Shown one piece after another: positions 62,145 through 64,000 of a DNA stretch of 64,000 nt. This stretch comes from Heterodontus francisci (taxonomy: Eukaryota). The stretch spans positions 61,331,805 through 61,395,804 of the forward strand of contig NC_090395.1 of the NCBI RefSeq assembly GCF_036365525.1. The letters run 5' to 3'. Each line of letters begins with the position of its first letter. Position 1 is the first letter of the stretch. The notes under the pieces are model-generated. The model was not told the origin of the DNA. It saw only the letters and a list, made by a program, of their open reading frames with translations, and did no database searches. A program made the translations under genes and the position numbers.

Positions 62145-62930
62145 GGGGGGAATTTTATCCTTTCCCCTGTGGTGGGTTTGGAGGTGGGGAAACGTATAAT
62201 TGGTTGGGATAGTGGCAGGGACCCCACCAACTTCCCGCCTCCGCCAAAATTAAGTCCGGGGCGGGAAGGCCTGTAAACAGCCTTCCTGCCCCTCTGCCAA
62301 TTGAGGCCCTCAACTGGACAATTAATGCCCAATTAAGGGCCTTATCCTGCCGCCACCACAATTAGCTGAGCGGCGGGCAGGCCAGTCGCTGCACGGGAAA
62401 CACGGCAAGAAAAACCGTGTCGGCTACTTGCTGGCTCCATGGTTGGGGGGGGTGGGGGGGGGGAGAGGTCGGTCCCTCGTTAAAAGGCACAATGCCTGAT
62501 TGAGGGACCTAGCATCAGAAAGGGAAGGTGGCTACTGAGAGCCACCCGCCTGCCCTTGCTACCGACCCCTCTACAGACCCCTCCCTCATAAGACCCCTCC
62601 TGCCCTGACTTACCGGTGGCCTGGGTCCAGAACCACTCCTCGGCCTCGGGTGGGGGCTCCATCAGCAGCAGCCACCACCTCCGCAGTGGTGTTGCCCAAT
62701 TAAAGAGCTGCTGGCCTCTGCTTGGCCGGCAGCTCTTGGGTGGCGGGGGGGGGGGGGGGGGACATCCATCACCGGGGTCCTTGATCCCGTGGAAGGCTCA
62801 CCACTATCCAGTTAAGTGCCTAATTGGCACTTGATTCAACAGGCCTCCCAATAGAAGAGGTGACGCGGGGCTCTCGGCGTCACTTTTGCCAGACATTGAG
62901 ACTCCCATCGCCCGGATAAAATCCCAGCCC
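62145..62930. mobile_element. Harbinger-type MITE
   Basis: TIRs ggggggaattttatcc / ggataaaatcccagccc, internal hairpins and poly-G runs. Confidence 0.7.
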
Positions 62931-63129
62931 ACATGTTGTCGGGCACTTCTTCAATCTTTTGAGGAACCTGTCTGAAGATGCATTGGACATAGTTGCCTCC
63001 TTGAACCGTTCTGTCTTGCCTTCTGCCAGTGTGTTTGTATATCCCATTCTGTCATAGGTTATGGAATTAAATAAATCAGATATATTCAATGTGGGTGGAC
63101 ATTGTTTTCTTGCTCTTCCCAAATAATAA

Positions 63130-63392
63130 TAGAATCATAGAATGATGCAGCACAGAAGGAGGTCATTTTGCCCATCTTGCCTTTGCTGGTTCTTTAGTAG
63201 AGCTTTCTAATTAATCCTACTCTACGTTTTTCCATTCAAGTCTGTACTGAGTTCCCATTTGGAAGTTACTTGGAATCTGCTTCCACTACCCTTTCAGGTA
63301 GTGCTCTCCAGATCATAACAGCTCACTGCATAATTTTTTTGCCTTATGTTGCCAATCATCTTAAATCTGTGTCCTCTAGTAACTGACCCACT
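63130..63392 (-). mobile_element. CR1 3' end fragment
   Basis: tagaatcatagaat tail, gcacagaaggagg and ttaaatctgtgtcctct motifs. Confidence 0.7.
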
Positions 63393-63604
63393 TGCACTCA
63401 CTCACTCACACACACTCACACTCACTCACACCCACAAAAAGAAACATATAGAGAAAGGGAAGAGGTAGGTAGGTTTTTGTGGAGGAAAAGAATTATGATA
63501 AACCTGTTGAATTCTCTTGAGACTTAAAGTCCAGATAGTTGCAAGCCTGAGATGATTGTAGATTTCTCTCTTAATTGAAGGTTCTGTTGAAGATGGTAGG
63601 TCAT

Positions 63605-64000
63605 TTTTTTTTTATTTGTTCCTGGAATGTGGGCATCGCTGGCTAGACCAGCATTATTGCTCATCACTAATTGCCCTTGAGAAGGTGGTGGTGAGCTGCC
63701 TTCTTGAGCCACTGCAGTCCATGTGGGGTAGGTACACCCACAGTGCTGTTAGGAAGGGAGTTCCAGGATTCTGACCCAGCGACAGTGAAGGAACGGTAAT
63801 ATAGTCCCAAGTCAGGATGGTGTGTGACTACGTGGGGAACTTGCTGTTGGTGGCGTTCCCATGTATCTGCTGTCCTTGTCCTTCTAACTGGTAGAGGTCA
63901 CGGGTTTGGTGGAGCCTTGGTGCGTTCCTGCAGTGCACCTTGTAGGTGGTACACACTGCTGCCACTGTGCACAGTGATGGAGGGTGTGAATGTTTGTGGA
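63605..64000 (-). mobile_element. LINE 3' end, same family as 2866-3382 (runs off the window)
   Basis: Reverse complement matches 3000-3380 (cccttgagaaggtggtggtgagct...ggtacacccacagtgctgttaggaaggg); poly-A tail at 63605-63613. Confidence 0.85.

Noticed and set aside
1-64000. CRISPR array, operon or other prokaryotic system
   Set aside because: No regularly spaced repeat-spacer array or dense ORF layout; the sequence is intron- and retroelement-rich vertebrate DNA.

Overview
Repeat-rich vertebrate genomic DNA, most likely a shark or other elasmobranch (inferred from HE1/V-SINE-type SINEs and their CR1/HER1-type partner LINEs). The only host gene I can support is a class II small leucine-rich proteoglycan (lumican-like) on the + strand with three coding exons (15482-16103, 22237-22551, 33013-33164). 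These splice in frame to about 362 aa, but the gene is dead. It has a TAG after the signal peptide, a Cys->Tyr in the Cx3CxCx9C cap, a one-codon deletion, a lost GT donor and a TGA in the last exon. It also has a 26-bp exonic micro-inversion, whose missing LRR (YLYMEANQIS) is readable on the opposite strand. The rest is nested transposable elements: a decayed Harbinger/PIF element plus MITEs, a near-complete CR1 and many CR1/L2/RTE fragments, three SINE families with three different LINE tails, an RT-less Gmr1-like Gypsy element (tRNA-Pro PBS, TTCC TSD) and three solo LTRs. Penelope-like elements carry minimal hammerhead-ribozyme motifs; one is a 195-bp hairpin whose sense copy starts at the predicted cleavage site. 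Three separate local inversion/foldback events are visible (22525-22550, 23117-23368, 49780-50085). Family names come from motif recognition, not database searches, and many fragment boundaries are approximate.
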